A DNA stretch of 63,344 nucleotides, filler included, from Atractiella rhizophila (taxonomy: Eukaryota): assembly GCA_021432655.1 (NCBI GenBank). It is 19 parts of 19 records of this genome, joined end to end, with 100 filler letters (N's around TTAATTAATTAA, not from the genome) between each part and the next. Parts side by side here need not be neighbours in the genome. Positions count along the whole stretch, not along the records: positions 1 to 3,313 come from MU272549.1; positions 3,414 to 6,715 come from MU272550.1; positions 6,816 to 10,110 come from MU272551.1; positions 10,211 to 13,502 come from MU272552.1; 15 more parts are not named here. The stretch is one strand, 5' to 3'. The position numbers and the translations under genes are program-made. The notes below the pieces were generated by a model. It did no database searches and was not told where the DNA came from. It worked only from the letters and a program-made list of their open reading frames with translations. Numbering within the stretch: position 1 is the first letter of the stretch; each line of letters opens with the position of its first letter. Below, one piece after another: positions 1-11,416 of the stretch.

Positions 1-336
1 GGTGGTGTAGATGATGGAGACATGCTTGATATCAGGCGACCTGAAGAAATGGACATCTGGCAAATGCCAAGCCTGAGGAGAGTGCATTTCGGATATCTCG
101 ACATCGAATACGCCTACATGAACGACCCGGAAAGCATGGTCGAAGCAGCATGGGAACAGAAGGGATTGTTGAAAGGAAGACCGGTGGGAGGCAGAAGGGA
201 TGTTAAGACGACGAGGAGTGGGATGAGTGCAGATTGCATTTGGGATGAATGGCTCAAAACGCAGTATGGAACCTGGATGGTGGATGCATGCGACACAACA
301 GAGGAAATGAACAGAGCATTAAAGACGATGCATTGA
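1..336 (+). CDS. Hypothetical protein, 3' fragment (possibly the C-terminus of an F-box/LRR-like protein)
   Basis: Reading frame open from the scaffold edge to TGA at 336; 'MPSLRRVHFGYL' resembles an LRR-like strand; convergent with the next gene. Confidence 0.4.
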   Translation, partial: GGVDDGDMLDIRRPEEMDIWQMPSLRRVHFGYLDIEYAYMNDPESMVEAAWEQKGLLKGRPVGGRRDVKTTRSGMSADCIWDEWLKTQYGTWMVDACDTTEEMNRALKTMH

Positions 337-370
337 AATGTACAATCAATCTACGGCCGTTACCATACTT

Positions 371-926
371 CTACAAGTGTAATCGCACCTTTTTCTCTTT
401 ATGTTTATACCACTTTATCACTCCTTTGTCCACCCCAACGTCAACAGTCCAGACTCTCCGGTCAGTGCTTCCCATTATCGTGTTTCCTCTAATCTCAATC
501 CCGTAAATCGGGCTGTCCTCCTTCCCTCTGTCCCACTTATCGCTTTCTTCCACCATAAAAGCGCTGATGCCTCCGGATGTCGCACGTACGTCCCATAAAC
601 CGACGAGGCCATTCCTCATGCCGCCAGCGACAACAGTTGTCCCCCAAGTGGAGACGCAATACCAAGCACTATCATTCCACCGGTCGTGAAGCGAGAGCAC
701 AGGAGCCTTCCCAGAACGCAAGTCGTATAATCGGACGTGGCCGTCGTACCAACCCGTTACGATAGTCGATGAAGGGTTGAGAGTCGAATGCGTCCGTGCA
801 GATGGAGCGGTGATGGAATAGCAGGCGGATTGAGCGGGTGCACTCAGAAACCTCGTTTCGTCAACCCGTCCTAGGCCAGAGGGGAGAATGGGATGCGCTA
901 GGAGACCGGTGCGCTTCGTGGCGCCA
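371..926 (-). CDS. F-box/WD40-repeat protein, C-terminal part
   Basis: Minus frame extends upstream of the listed ORF: GATKRTGLLAHPILPSGL...SACYSITAP...STIVTGWYDGHVRLYDLR...VVAGGMRNGLVGLWDVR...DSPIYGIEI, WD40-type LYD/LWD repeats; stop at 371. Confidence 0.75.
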
Positions 927-2584
927 CGTCGCTCAAAGAGTTCAACCGCTTACTCTTTGGCGTGCAAGACGAACAGACACATCGAGTCAGCACTGGGGTA
1001 ACGAACGACGTAACGAACGAAGTCTCTACCCTATTACCGCACATTCACGACACCTCTTTCGACAGTGCACCAAACAATGTTAATAAGCGCTGTAAACGGT
1101 GGTGGTCGGGACCGGTAAACTCGCCGTCTAAATCTCGACCGTCGACCGTCGACCGTCATATCTGCGTATGAACTCCTCGGCAGCGCAAGGAATGTAACAG
1201 ATAGGGCCTGTGGCTATTATCTTCGCAAAGCTCGAAGTTGACGACGAGTTGGGGGAGCTTCAGACGCTCGTTCAACAGTCTCTCAACCTCGATTCCAGAC
1301 TTTAGACTTCTTTAGCCAAGTTCCGATGTCGTTTGCACGATCGGTATCCCTTAATGCGCTTGAGAACGGTTGAACTTGCTGTAAAGGTTCTCGCTCAGTA
1401 GGTCGAGGTAGTTATATTTGAAGGTGGTGAGCTAGAGCTTAGCTTATGATAATATGGACGATCGTTTGAGCATCTTTCATTCACAAAGAGCCAACAACCC
1501 TCTGGGGTGACTGTTCGTTACCATCTATTTAATATACGTGATGTGCCAGTGCGTTGTCAGAGGAGGTCGACATCGGTGACTTGAACTTGCCTTTCATGTA
1601 GCTCTACCTTGCTGCCGAGTTCCAGCGCCTGCGCTGCAACTAAACGGTTGGAGTTCTCGTCGCGAGGATTGAGATGGCTATCTTGAAGGTAGTCGTTAGA
1701 GAGTATAGAGGGGCGTGCTCTGGAACCACAAGAGAGAGTCATAGTTGTTTCCAGTTACTCGACCAGCTCTGTATACCTACCTTTCTGTACCAGTTACCAC
1801 GCAGTAAAGATGGGCAGATGTTCATGTATAAACTACTTAACCAGTTCCTTAACCCGGACCCGCAGTTTTGTGTTGAGAACTGTGGGCGAGGAAGAGAAGG
1901 GTCGGCTCGACCTTCCTGTTTCACGCCAGCGTAGTGGTGAGGGTCGCGAGCGAGAGCTGGGTATCCAAAAGAAGGGAGGTTATAGAGGCAGTCGCGGGTG
2001 GAGCCCTCGCCCTTACAGGTAAAACGCTGAGCATCTTTTGTTGGAGAAACAGAGTAGACCTGCTTGGCACCTTCAAAAGAGTAATCTAAGCGTTCCTGCT
2101 AGGTTGTTCCAACATAGTACGGTTGACCGATTTCTACAGCAGCCAAACCGTGGGTAGGGTCGCCGACTAGGGAGGAGAAGTGTCTTTGTCTTCGTCTTCG
2201 TCTTAAACAGTGACGTCTGGCGGAACCTCTCTAAGCCGAGACCTTCTGGCAGTTAAGACGAGCTCCCGGGTTTCTAAGTTCCGCCCGCTGCTTAGAGCTT
2301 AGGGGTAGCTAGCCTAAGTTCGTAAGTTCGATAGGTACGGAGGAGCAGAGAGGAACGTTCGCAACGACGGAGGGCAAGCGCATGTGTGTAGTGGGTTGAC
2401 GGAAGGCAGGAGAGAAGGGTTGATAGAGCAAGAGTCTTAGCACGGGTTGTCTGAAGGAGCTTGTGCTCGATAAACTGATAGGTAAGGGACGCGAGTTGAC
2501 GGCGGTTTCGGGGAGGTCTTTGGGAGGGGAATCGAAGGTTTGGTACCCGACAGATGAATAGTGGTCTCGTCCGGTACAAAAACA
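927..2584. other. Reversed-but-not-complemented segment encoding the promoter and N-terminal part of the F-box/WD40 gene
   Basis: The plain complement read left to right gives a GTAAGT..CTGAC..TAG intron (1478-1525), ATG at 1535 (MHYTVTQQSPP...), F-box-like ALLTLPIEL/ISNLSYLPARDLGVLS/VSTKVNELVETYGWK, WD-like FVTADRLGEIRLWK, and ends GHVFV, joining GATKRTG at 926; several single-base frameshifts. Confidence 0.9.
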
Positions 2585-2624
2585 NNNNNNNNNNNNNNNN
2601 NNNNNNNNNCCATCCATCCATGCA

Positions 2625-3313
2625 TTAAAGCTCGTCATGTGAGTGCAGTGGCTCGTCGTCCCCAGATCCAGATCCTCCAGAAGAGTAGAGCTTGGAAGTG
2701 ATGGGCGAGACGACGGCTTGGAGAGCCTGGAGCTTCTCCTCGAAATCCGAAGCGGAGGCGGTCGCGCCATCCTCTTCCATCCAGTCTTGGACCTCTTTGA
2801 TCTCGTCCAAGATGGTCTGCTTATCTTCATCCTCAATCTTGCCACCGAGGGCTTCCTTATCCGTCACTTGTTGCTTGAGGGAGAAAACAAAGTTCTCGAG
2901 CTGCAATGAGGGTAGAAAATTAGCATCAAATGTTGGGGAAGAAAACAAGGACGTACCGCGTTACGCGACTCGACTTTCTTCTTAGCTTCCTCATCTGCCT
3001 CAGCAAATTCCTCCGCCTCCTGAATCATGCGATCAATCTCCTCTTGAGAAAGACGTCCCTCTGGGAACAATTGTCAGATCCATCCCACATCTCGACCAGG
3101 AGGAATACGGAAAGACGTACTGTCATTGGTGATGGTGATAGATTCGCTCTTGCCAGTTCCCTTATCCTGAGCGCTGATCTTCATGATACCGTTGGCGTCG
3201 ACTTCGAAAGTAACTTCGATTTGAGGAACGCCACGAGGAGCGGGGGGGATGCCGGTCAGCTCGAACTTGCCGAGGAGGTTGTTGTCCTTTGTCATCGATC
3301 GCTCTCCCTCGAA
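2625..3313 (-). CDS. KAR2: ER Hsp70 chaperone BiP/Kar2, 3' part (intron-containing)
   Basis: [55 protein letters not shown] and C-terminal HDEL* ER-retention signal. Confidence 0.95.
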
Positions 3314-3413
3314 NNNNNNNNNNNNNNNNNNNNNNNNNNNNNNNNNNNNNNNNNNNNTTAATTAATTAANNNNNNNNNNNNNNNNNNNNNNNNNNNNNNN
3401 NNNNNNNNNNNNN
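3314..3413. other. Artificial scaffold-joining spacer N44-TTAATTAATTAA-N44 (first of 18 in the window)
   Basis: The same 100-nt spacer with six-frame stops recurs about every 3.3 kb; intervening pieces decrease in length from ~3.3 kb to ~3.17 kb. Confidence 0.98.
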
Positions 3414-5324
3414 TGACGATGACGAAGCCACTCTCAAAATAAGGATAGACGCTCCAGCTCCCTCCGAACTTCGCTTCACCACCAATGTCATCGTCTTCAG
3501 GGTACACTGGAAAATCCGAGACCAGTCAGCTCGACAATCGCGCTTCCAGAAGAAAGGGGGGCATGAACCCTTACCGTCAAAGAAGCCAACTTCGGTAAAA
3601 TCTGTGCCAGTTGGGTTGTCGTACACGCTGCTCACGTCTACAACTCGAAGGCCTGATCGGTAGTTGGATTCATATGCCCATCCATCCTTTGTACCTGTCA
3701 GCCCGAGGAATGTTTGAAGGCGGAAGAAGGGTTACCTTGACGTAAAGGTTGTGGTCGATGGCTTTGACCGGGCTTTGGTATTTACCAGTGAGTATGGGGT
3801 GCTCGAGATCTGCCATGCCGTCAGATCAAGGAATGACGGAGAAAGGGCTGCGTACCTTGAATGTCCCAGATGTAAGTAGTGGTGTGTTGGTTCACAGCCC
3901 ATCCTTCGCAAACAGACGTTTAGCTCAGAAAGAAAAGGAGAAGAGGGAGATACCTCGCTCCCACATTTCGTCCAGCTCGTCATCGAGGAGCACTGAGCCC
4001 GTCGTCAGCCCTAGTCAGGAGCAGTAGGTCAACATACGATATCTCTGATCCTTCTCATCGATAACCCAGCCTTGATGGCTGTAGGCAACACCGAAATAAT
4101 ATGTCGCGCTGATGATGGTAGAATGTTCGGGATCGGTGATGTCGTATATAGTGAGGGTATTCTCATTGTAACCGTAACAAATATCTTTCCCTTCGTATCT
4201 CTTATCAGGACCGTGATATGTCAAGCCTGAGCCATCTGGTTAGCAAGAGCCGGAGAATAAACATGGCTAAGACCGTACACTGGGCATCGTGCACGTATCC
4301 ATCCTCTCCCGCACACCCTTTAGAGACGGGATTAGCAGGATCGGTAACATCCACAAAGATGAGACCGGCTCCACAGTGACTGTCCACCAAAACGACAGGA
4401 TGAATTAGGGAAAACTGTCCAATATTTGGAGCGTTGGAGGGAAAGAGCTACTCAGTGCGAGGAAGACTGCCCACGGCGATGATGAGGTTCTTCTCCTCAT
4501 GTGCGACGATGTTATGAGAAGAGCCAGCTGGCAGGCCATCGAAATGGGAGGTCAGATCAGATGTGATGCTGAAGTTCTTGGGCTCTTCTTGCAGGGATTT
4601 ATCAAGCAACTATGCATCCAAACCCGTGACGTATTAGATGTGTACTGAGCATGACCTGGAGTCAAACACACCTTCTTCAAGTCAAAAACCTGTATTCCGT
4701 GCTCTGGAGCCTCTGAACCGATGTACGCAAAGTCGCCAATGACCTTAATGTCCCTCCACAGGCTGTCCACGGACTGAGTTGGCAGTCTTCCCAGATACAC
4801 GACTGTTCCATCATCATTCAACTCAGCGAACGCGGTGCCGTCCATCTGTCCCACCAGAGCGAAATCCCGTCCATCGCGACTCCATCCCCAGATATCTATT
4901 CTTCCACCCGTCAGCCTCCAAACAAATTCAAGGAGAGAGAGGACGGTGCACCATTCCCGATCCCGACAGACGAGCCTAACTTCCTATGTGGCGTGATGGA
5001 GTACAAATCGAAGTCCTTGCACATGAACGTGTTGTTGACGCCAGCATTGGCGTATCCATTCTCACATGAAACATGTTCAGCAACGACCTTGTTGACAGGC
5101 TTCCCGAACAAGGAGGGATCAGGTTCGTCCAAGACCTTCCTCATCTCTTCAACCGCCTCCGTCATCGCGCTCATGAGGGCGTGATGTACATGTCCAGATT
5201 GATAAGCCTCCCAAGCGGATGTTACAACCCCATCATCGTGTTGGAATACGATCTCGAGGCCACGGTCCACAAGACGTCCGCCTTGGACTGTAGCAAGAAG
5301 GGAGAGAAGGAACAAGTTGAGCAT
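3414..5324 (-). CDS. Secreted choice-of-anchor-B / LVIVD-repeat-like protein, 3' truncated, multi-exon
   Basis: Signal peptide MLNLFLLSLLATVQG; DIWGWSRDGRDFALVGQMDGTAFAE, LGRLPTQSVDSLWRDIKV, CGAGLIFVDVTDPANP, DGYVHDAQC, YSHQGW, IDHNLYVK, GSWSVYPYFESG. Confidence 0.75.
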
Positions 5325-5853
5325 CTCGATTCTGAAGCTGAGATGGAGCAACTCAGTTGGGATTGCGCCAAAAGGGCTCTCAGCTTTATCTTTGGACACA
5401 ATCCCGAATTTGATAAGGCGTCACCGCATGACTGGGAACCCGAAAGTCCCGTTCACCAATAACCAGAAGTCCTCAGCAGCGTGTTCGCTTGTTGCGTTAG
5501 TGCGTAACTCAGAGTCGCTTGTTCATTCGCTGGTCACGGCACAGAAACCACAAAAATAAAAATGACAGAAACATGTCTTCCCCGCCAGCGTGACCAGCTG
5601 GTTTCTTAAGCTTCCACAACTGGCAACTTTCTTGAATGTCAATATGCTCACGTAGTGTAGTATCACTACATCGGCAGCATCGCCTTTGACTGTTCAAAAT
5701 CGAGTCCTGGTCGTGTGAGATGAGACGATCAAGAGCAACGAGAGTGACGAAGGAGTGAATGTTCATAAAGCAGCTAGAGAGAAGAGCGATATCCCTATGC
5801 CCTTTTATACCCAATCCCCACGAACGTACGCTCGATAACCTCAGATGTCAGGC

Positions 5854-6715
5854 ATGTCATCATCAAATTCTACGAACGCAGCCCAAGTCCTTTGCGCCTT
5901 CCCTTTATCGGGACAGTATGGGGCATTGCAAAGGCTTCTCTATTACTGTTTACTCGGTTTGTGCATTTTCGGTAGGAAGAACGATTGGTTAAGGTGTGTT
6001 CGTTCGTTCCTCTTTTCTCTATTGCAGAGTTTGTCTAAAGCGTATTGCACTCATCACAAAGGAGCGCCTGTCTAGGAGGTACTTTGGTTTATGCCGCTGT
6101 CGCCTCAACACACGGAATCGTTTTGGCCATCACTCGAGCTGTGAGTTATTCCTCTTCAAGTTGCTCGTCTGCAGGACGTAATTTTTATTGCGTTGTGCAT
6201 AGGATGGAGCAGTGGACATGGTACGCCATTCCCTATTAATGGCTCTGACACAGTTGTGACAAACCTTCTAGGACATATACGGAGCTTTCCAAGTCGCTGC
6301 AGCGGCGGTACTGGCCGCACCAATGATGTTGAGGTATTCTTCGACATATTTCAACCTTCCTGGAAGGAACATAATTTTCGTTTGGACAGTCATCAACCTA
6401 GCAGGTACAATATTCCTTCTTTCTCCTCGTGTGCTACCTGCCTGAACGCAAAGCTCATTCCTGATCGACACAGGCCTGCTCTCCCTAGTCTACAACTTCT
6501 ACAAAGCACATGCGACTGACTGTCTCTCCCCAACGGGCGAAATCATAACTGAATCCGCCTTCCAATACTACACGATGGACTGTTCGCTACAATGCGAGGC
6601 CAAACATTCCATCCTTACGTGTAGACGCAAACAACAACATCTACGTGATCCGTGCTCCCTCTCGAGGTCTGACGCTGGACAGTGCCACGCTCCTTTGCGC
6701 TTCATGTTGCATCCC
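5854..6715 (+). CDS. Fungal hypothetical multi-pass membrane protein, 5' part
   Basis: Spliced reading LCAFPLSGQYGALQRLLYYCLL..WLR/SACLGGTLVYAAVASTHGIVLA/GAVDM/DIYGAFQVAAAAVLAAP with GT-AG introns; divergent from the previous gene. Confidence 0.6.
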
Positions 6716-6912
6716 NNNNNNNNNNNNNNNNNNNNNNNNNNNNNNNNNNNNNNNNNNNNTTAATTAATTAANNNNNNNNNNNNNNNNNNNNNNNNNNNNN
6801 NNNNNNNNNNNNNNNGTTTTTGACTTTTACTTTCTTTCTGCCCTTTTGAGCTGGCTATCGCATCTGGTGTCAGTTCCGCCCGCTCCCGTAGTTTAGTCTG
6901 TTTTTCAGCTAT

Positions 6913-7028
6913 CTGAGGTTCATCTTTTCTTCGTTCTGTCACTCTGATGAACCTCAGGTAGGTGACTCCTCACCAACGTTCATGCAATGCTGATCTTTTC
7001 TTCGTTCTGTCACTCTGATGAACCTCAG
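6913..7028. repeat. 36-bp direct repeat pair with an overlapping 12-bp inverted repeat
   Basis: ATCTTTTCTTCGTTCTGTCACTCTGATGAACCTCAG at 6922-6957 and 6993-7028; CTGAGGTTCATC (6913-6924) pairs with GATGAACCTCAG (6946-6957). Confidence 0.85.
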
Positions 7029-8246
7029 TTTCAACAGAGAGGCCGCGATCGATCCTCTGTACAGAAACATGGCGGGAGCGAGCGATTTGCTTAAGGTCGC
7101 AGGTTGGGAATCGGACCTGCGAAGCCTGCCGAAGCGATCTCGATAAGATGATTGAGGTCTCTTTCGGATGGATGGAGGAGGGGCGGCTGCGCATAGGTAT
7201 TGAGAAGGCTGAAAGAGGTGCGGAAAAGTGTGGAGAGAGAGTGAGGAGGTGGAGACGGGCACAACAGTGGGTAGGGGTCCGTGGATGGTTTGGATGGTGT
7301 GCGGGGTGATGTAGTGCCAGTAGAGAGGATTTGGTCTCAGTCTCGAAGGTAGGTAGGGTAAACTCAGAAGTAGCCCAGACAGGCGCACCGTCGAACTGTG
7401 ACTTCCGTCAGCACCTTTTCTTTATTAAGGATTTATTTGAGGGTTTTCTCCGAAGAGACGAAAGAATGGGGATAAGACGAACCTCTTGGACAAGTCTGAT
7501 GCATCTTCGGGATGTGCGCTAGAGTCTTGAGAACTTCAATGAGTGTACAAGCGTCTGGAACCCAGCCTCTGCCATCGGCGAACACTCACTGCCAGTGGAT
7601 CTCTCTCTCACTGTCAAAGAGAGCAAGATATCGGATTGTTCCTAAGTTTTCTGTTGAGGGTCAAGTGTTTCTGCACGATCGGAGAAAAAGTGTTAGGATT
7701 CCTGTGAGTCTCAAGTTTATCGACCCTAGCAGGTCGACCTTGGGATAAGTGATGAGTTGGAGTTGGTGGGGTGAATTTTATGTTCTTCGATATTGCGCAA
7801 TCTTCGTACTTCATATCTCCATTGGCTCAAGTGGAAGCATAACTTCAACTCATCCACAACCCTTTTCTTCTTCAGACCCTTTTTCTGCTCCGTTAGACAA
7901 GAGCTCTTCAGTGCTGGATGGTCCATAGTGCCACCCTTCTTTTACCAGCATTCGTTCCTCCATCTTGCGGGTTGACAAATTGATCAAGTTGCCCTAAGCC
8001 TTCCCTTCTTATCCTCACACGTCTGGATTTTCTTTCATGCATTCGTACGTACGGATCCTTGGATCGGAACGCAGCTGTAATGTGTTCCGTATTCCTTGTT
8101 TCCTCTTCTTCACGGCCAGTTTCAAGTATTCTCTGACCACCCTCCTAGTAGCTTTAGTCCAGATCTGACACACATTTTCTCAGTTTCGTCTCACGTTCAA
8201 GGAGTTCTGGGTCAATTGTCACCCATTCCATCTCGTGCTCTAAGCG

Positions 8247-10015
8247 ATGGACGCCTCAGCCTTCGGAAAGACTCCTAAGCCTTCTTCATCAAATCCCAGC
8301 GACCCTGAAGACCCTGGGAATTTGTCTGATGACGACCACGCATTCAGCGCCGATTCGCGAGAAGTTCCTCATTCTAATGAAGCCATCGGAGTTCAAAATC
8401 TTTCAGTATTGCAGCTGTACTCTCAACCTAGCCGTTTCCTCAGCAACAAACCGACAATTTTTGGCCCACAATTTCGCTTCTTATCGCGTACCGCATCGCC
8501 CGTTGCCTCCAGATCTGCTACCCCAATTCCTCTCTCATCCTCCAGCCCATCCCAAGTTCAAACCGTCAAGATTTTCAAAGTCCCCAACAATGTCAAGAGG
8601 ACGAATGAACAAGGACTCCGAATCCTTGCTATCGACAACGGCGGCATCTGTACCTTCTCCACGCTTTACATGCTTGAAGTCGTCATGCTTGAGGTTGGAA
8701 ATCTCCTCAACGTTCCCGATGGAGAAGAAACCAGGCCATGCGATGTTTTCGATCTCATCTGTGGCACGTCCACTGGCGGATGGATCGCCCTCACGCTTGG
8801 ACGGTTAGGAATGACTGTTCGACAATCCATCAGCGCGTACGAGCAAATCGTCCAGAATGTCTTTTCTGAAGGTCCACTTTCAACAGAAGGCTACACTTAC
8901 TCTGAGGAGAAACTCAAAGATGTCTTCCACAAGATCATTTCTGGACACTTTCCGTTGTCCACATCGACCTCTCAACTTCCTATGAAGGACGACGCGATCA
9001 AAGATAGATGCAGAACTTTTGTCATGTCAAGATACGAATCAAACGCAGTTGTTTCAACAGAGATGCGCACCTATGACGGCCTCAATGCAGTTCACTCTGC
9101 TGCTCGATGTACAGTGTTGGAAGCAGCAAGGGCAACTTCCTCTGCCCCTGAATTCTTTCCTCCTATCACCATCGACAAAGCAAGATATGTTGCCATTGGG
9201 AACAACAACCCAGCCGCAATAGCAATTGATGAGTCCAAGCGTATTTGGGGAGAAGGGAGCCAGATTGCCTGTCTCGTCTCTCTGGGGTCAGGGATTGCTC
9301 CAACTGTTAATTGGGGTCCTACCAAACGCGAGATTGAAGTCGCTGTGAAGGCAATCATCGAAGATTGTTCCCAGGTAGCAGATCAGTTGAAGATGAAGAT
9401 GCAGGATTGTGGTCTAGGGCATCGCTATCACCGCTTTTCAGTCCATACGATGGGAGGTGTCAAGTGGGAGGAGTGGGAGCGAACAAAGGATGTTGTGGGT
9501 CGGACAAAAGCCTATATGGAAGTAATGGGTCATGAAGCACGTAATGCTGCTCAATGTCTCGTGCAGGGTATGTTCTCTTACCTCTTGTGTAATACCACAT
9601 TGAGGTCCTTGTAGCGTTCAGTGAACGGATTGCAGTTCGTCAGCGCTTACCATTACCGCCTCCAGGCTCTTGCTTTGGCCGCAAAGATGAGATCCAACAC
9701 GCAAGAAAAGCTATACTTGAAGGACGCCACGTTACGATAGTGGGTGGAGCTGGAAATGGGAAATCCACTGTTGCACTCAACGCCGTGCACTGCGAAGAGA
9801 TCAAGCAGTCCTTCATAGATCTGGCATGGGGCTCTGGAGAAGATCTCCGCTTCTGGGTTCGCTGCGACAACTTTGACACCTTTGCCAAACTTTCGAATCA
9901 CATCTGCAACGATATCTTTGCACTGCCTAAGTCTAGCAAAACATCGCCAGAAGTTGTGGGAGATTACTTTGGAAGTCGAAAATGCCTTCTCATTTTGGAC
10001 AATTTTGAAACTCCC
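8247..10015 (+). CDS. Patatin-like phospholipase fused to a STAND P-loop NTPase (NLR-like), truncated by telomere
   Basis: LRILAIDNGG, FDLICGTSTGG (GxSxG), AARATSSAPEFF, LVSLGSG; intron 9568-9614 then CFGRKDEI, Walker A GGAGNGKST and Walker B LLILDNFETP. Confidence 0.88.
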
Positions 10016-10110
10016 TTAGGGTTAGGGTTAGGGTTAGGGTTAGGGTTAGGGTTAGGGTTAGGGTTAGGGTTAGGGTTAGGGTTAGGGTTAGGGTTAGGGT
10101 TAGGGTTAGG
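10016..10110 (+). repeat. Telomeric repeat (TTAGGG)15 plus TTAGG at scaffold end
   Basis: Perfect TTAGGG array running to the spacer, G-rich strand oriented outward as expected at a chromosome end. Confidence 0.97.
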
Positions 10111-10329
10111 NNNNNNNNNNNNNNNNNNNNNNNNNNNNNNNNNNNNNNNNNNNNTTAATTAATTAANNNNNNNNNNNNNNNNNNNNNNNNNNNNNNNNNN
10201 NNNNNNNNNNTCTCAGCATGTTCCTAACAGTATAGTCAAAAGCTGAAGTGGTTCTCCGAGGTACGAGGAGACCACTCAGCTTTCATTGTTTTTTGAAGAC
10301 AGTAGAGTACATATGGTGAGTCTGTGCTC

Positions 10330-10465
10330 GCCGAAGGCGAGGCCCCATGCAGTGGCTGCCAGAGGCAAGAGCTCCACGCAGTGGCCGCCAGAGGCTGGGG
10401 TCCAAGGGGCGCAGCCCCTGGCGGGGGGGGCATGCCCGAGGGACGAGGGCACAGACACACTTGTA
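10330..10465 (+). mobile_element. GC-rich hairpin cluster, possible Helitron-type 3' end
   Basis: Repeated GCAGTGG(C/T)..CCAGAGGC, AGGGGCGCAGCCCCT hairpin, then a GCCC..GGGC stem about 9 nt before CTTGT. Confidence 0.35.
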
Positions 10466-11416
10466 CTACAAAAGAGGAAACCATTGGAAAATACATTACC
10501 ATAAGTAAAGAAAGCCAGAAGAAAGCCAGAGTGTGAGAAGGTAGAAAAGGAGGGCTTAGGGGATGATGAGGACAGGAGGGTGTCTTCGAGGCTCGTGGCA
10601 TGCCTCATTGATCCTTACGCCTCAAAAAAGACGAATGATCTAAATGCGCGATTCTCACCTTCCTGCCTTTTGGTTCACCCCATACAATATCCTGCTGCTC
10701 CAATCCCTCACTCCAAACCAACCGATTCTACTTCTGACTCTCCCTCTCCCCTGCTCCGGTCATCCAGCCAACCACTCCTCGACAGCAACCACGTCCTCTC
10801 TTCGACTTCGAATCGAATCCTTCCTGCAAACTCATAGTGCAAAACGAGCTGATCATGGCCGCCGACACTCATGTTGTTAGCTGTTGCCTAGGAAAAGGTG
10901 CGAGAGATCCCAATAGAACAGCGTTCTTGGTTCTCTTCACATGAGGCATTCAACGTCGTTCTAGCATTCAATGACTGCACACCTTTGTTATAAGCTAGCA
11001 CAGACATCCACTGACCCTCCAGCTCTGCCTCTTCCGACAACCAGTGGCAATCGTCTACACAGTCCCGTACTCTTCTTTCTCTTGCTCTTTCGTTCACCTT
11101 CAACATCACTCCTTCTCCTTCCTCTTCTTCGTTCTCCCCCCCCTCCCAATCGCGTTGCAGGGTTGTCCTTTTCCACTTGTTCATCAAGGTCTGGATTATC
11201 CCACACCTCAAATCCCTCCTGCTTCTCCATCGCCATGTTCGAACTGTGAGAGGAGGCACAAGGCGCAAAATGAGAACTAGCTGAGAGTGATGGGTATCTA
11301 ACCGGGTGGGTTGCTTCCATTTCCTCTCAACTTCTTTTCCCCATGTTCTTCACAAATTTGTGCCTGTTTCCAGTTGAGTATTGCAAAAATATTCATTCAT
11401 TCATAGCAAAATTACG

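Noticed and set aside
927..2584. Listed ORFs inside the mirror segments (also 28394-28594) and the idea of a real 'reverse-read' genetic system
   Set aside because: The ORFs are chance frames of reversed sequence. Both blocks abut internal N gaps and are indel-rich, which points to a software artefact rather than biology.
6922..7028. CRISPR-like array (36-bp repeats with a 35-bp spacer)
   Set aside because: Only two repeats, eukaryotic context and no cas genes.
10016..10110. Poly-(LG) protein tail
   Set aside because: It is simply the translation of telomeric TTAGGG repeats.
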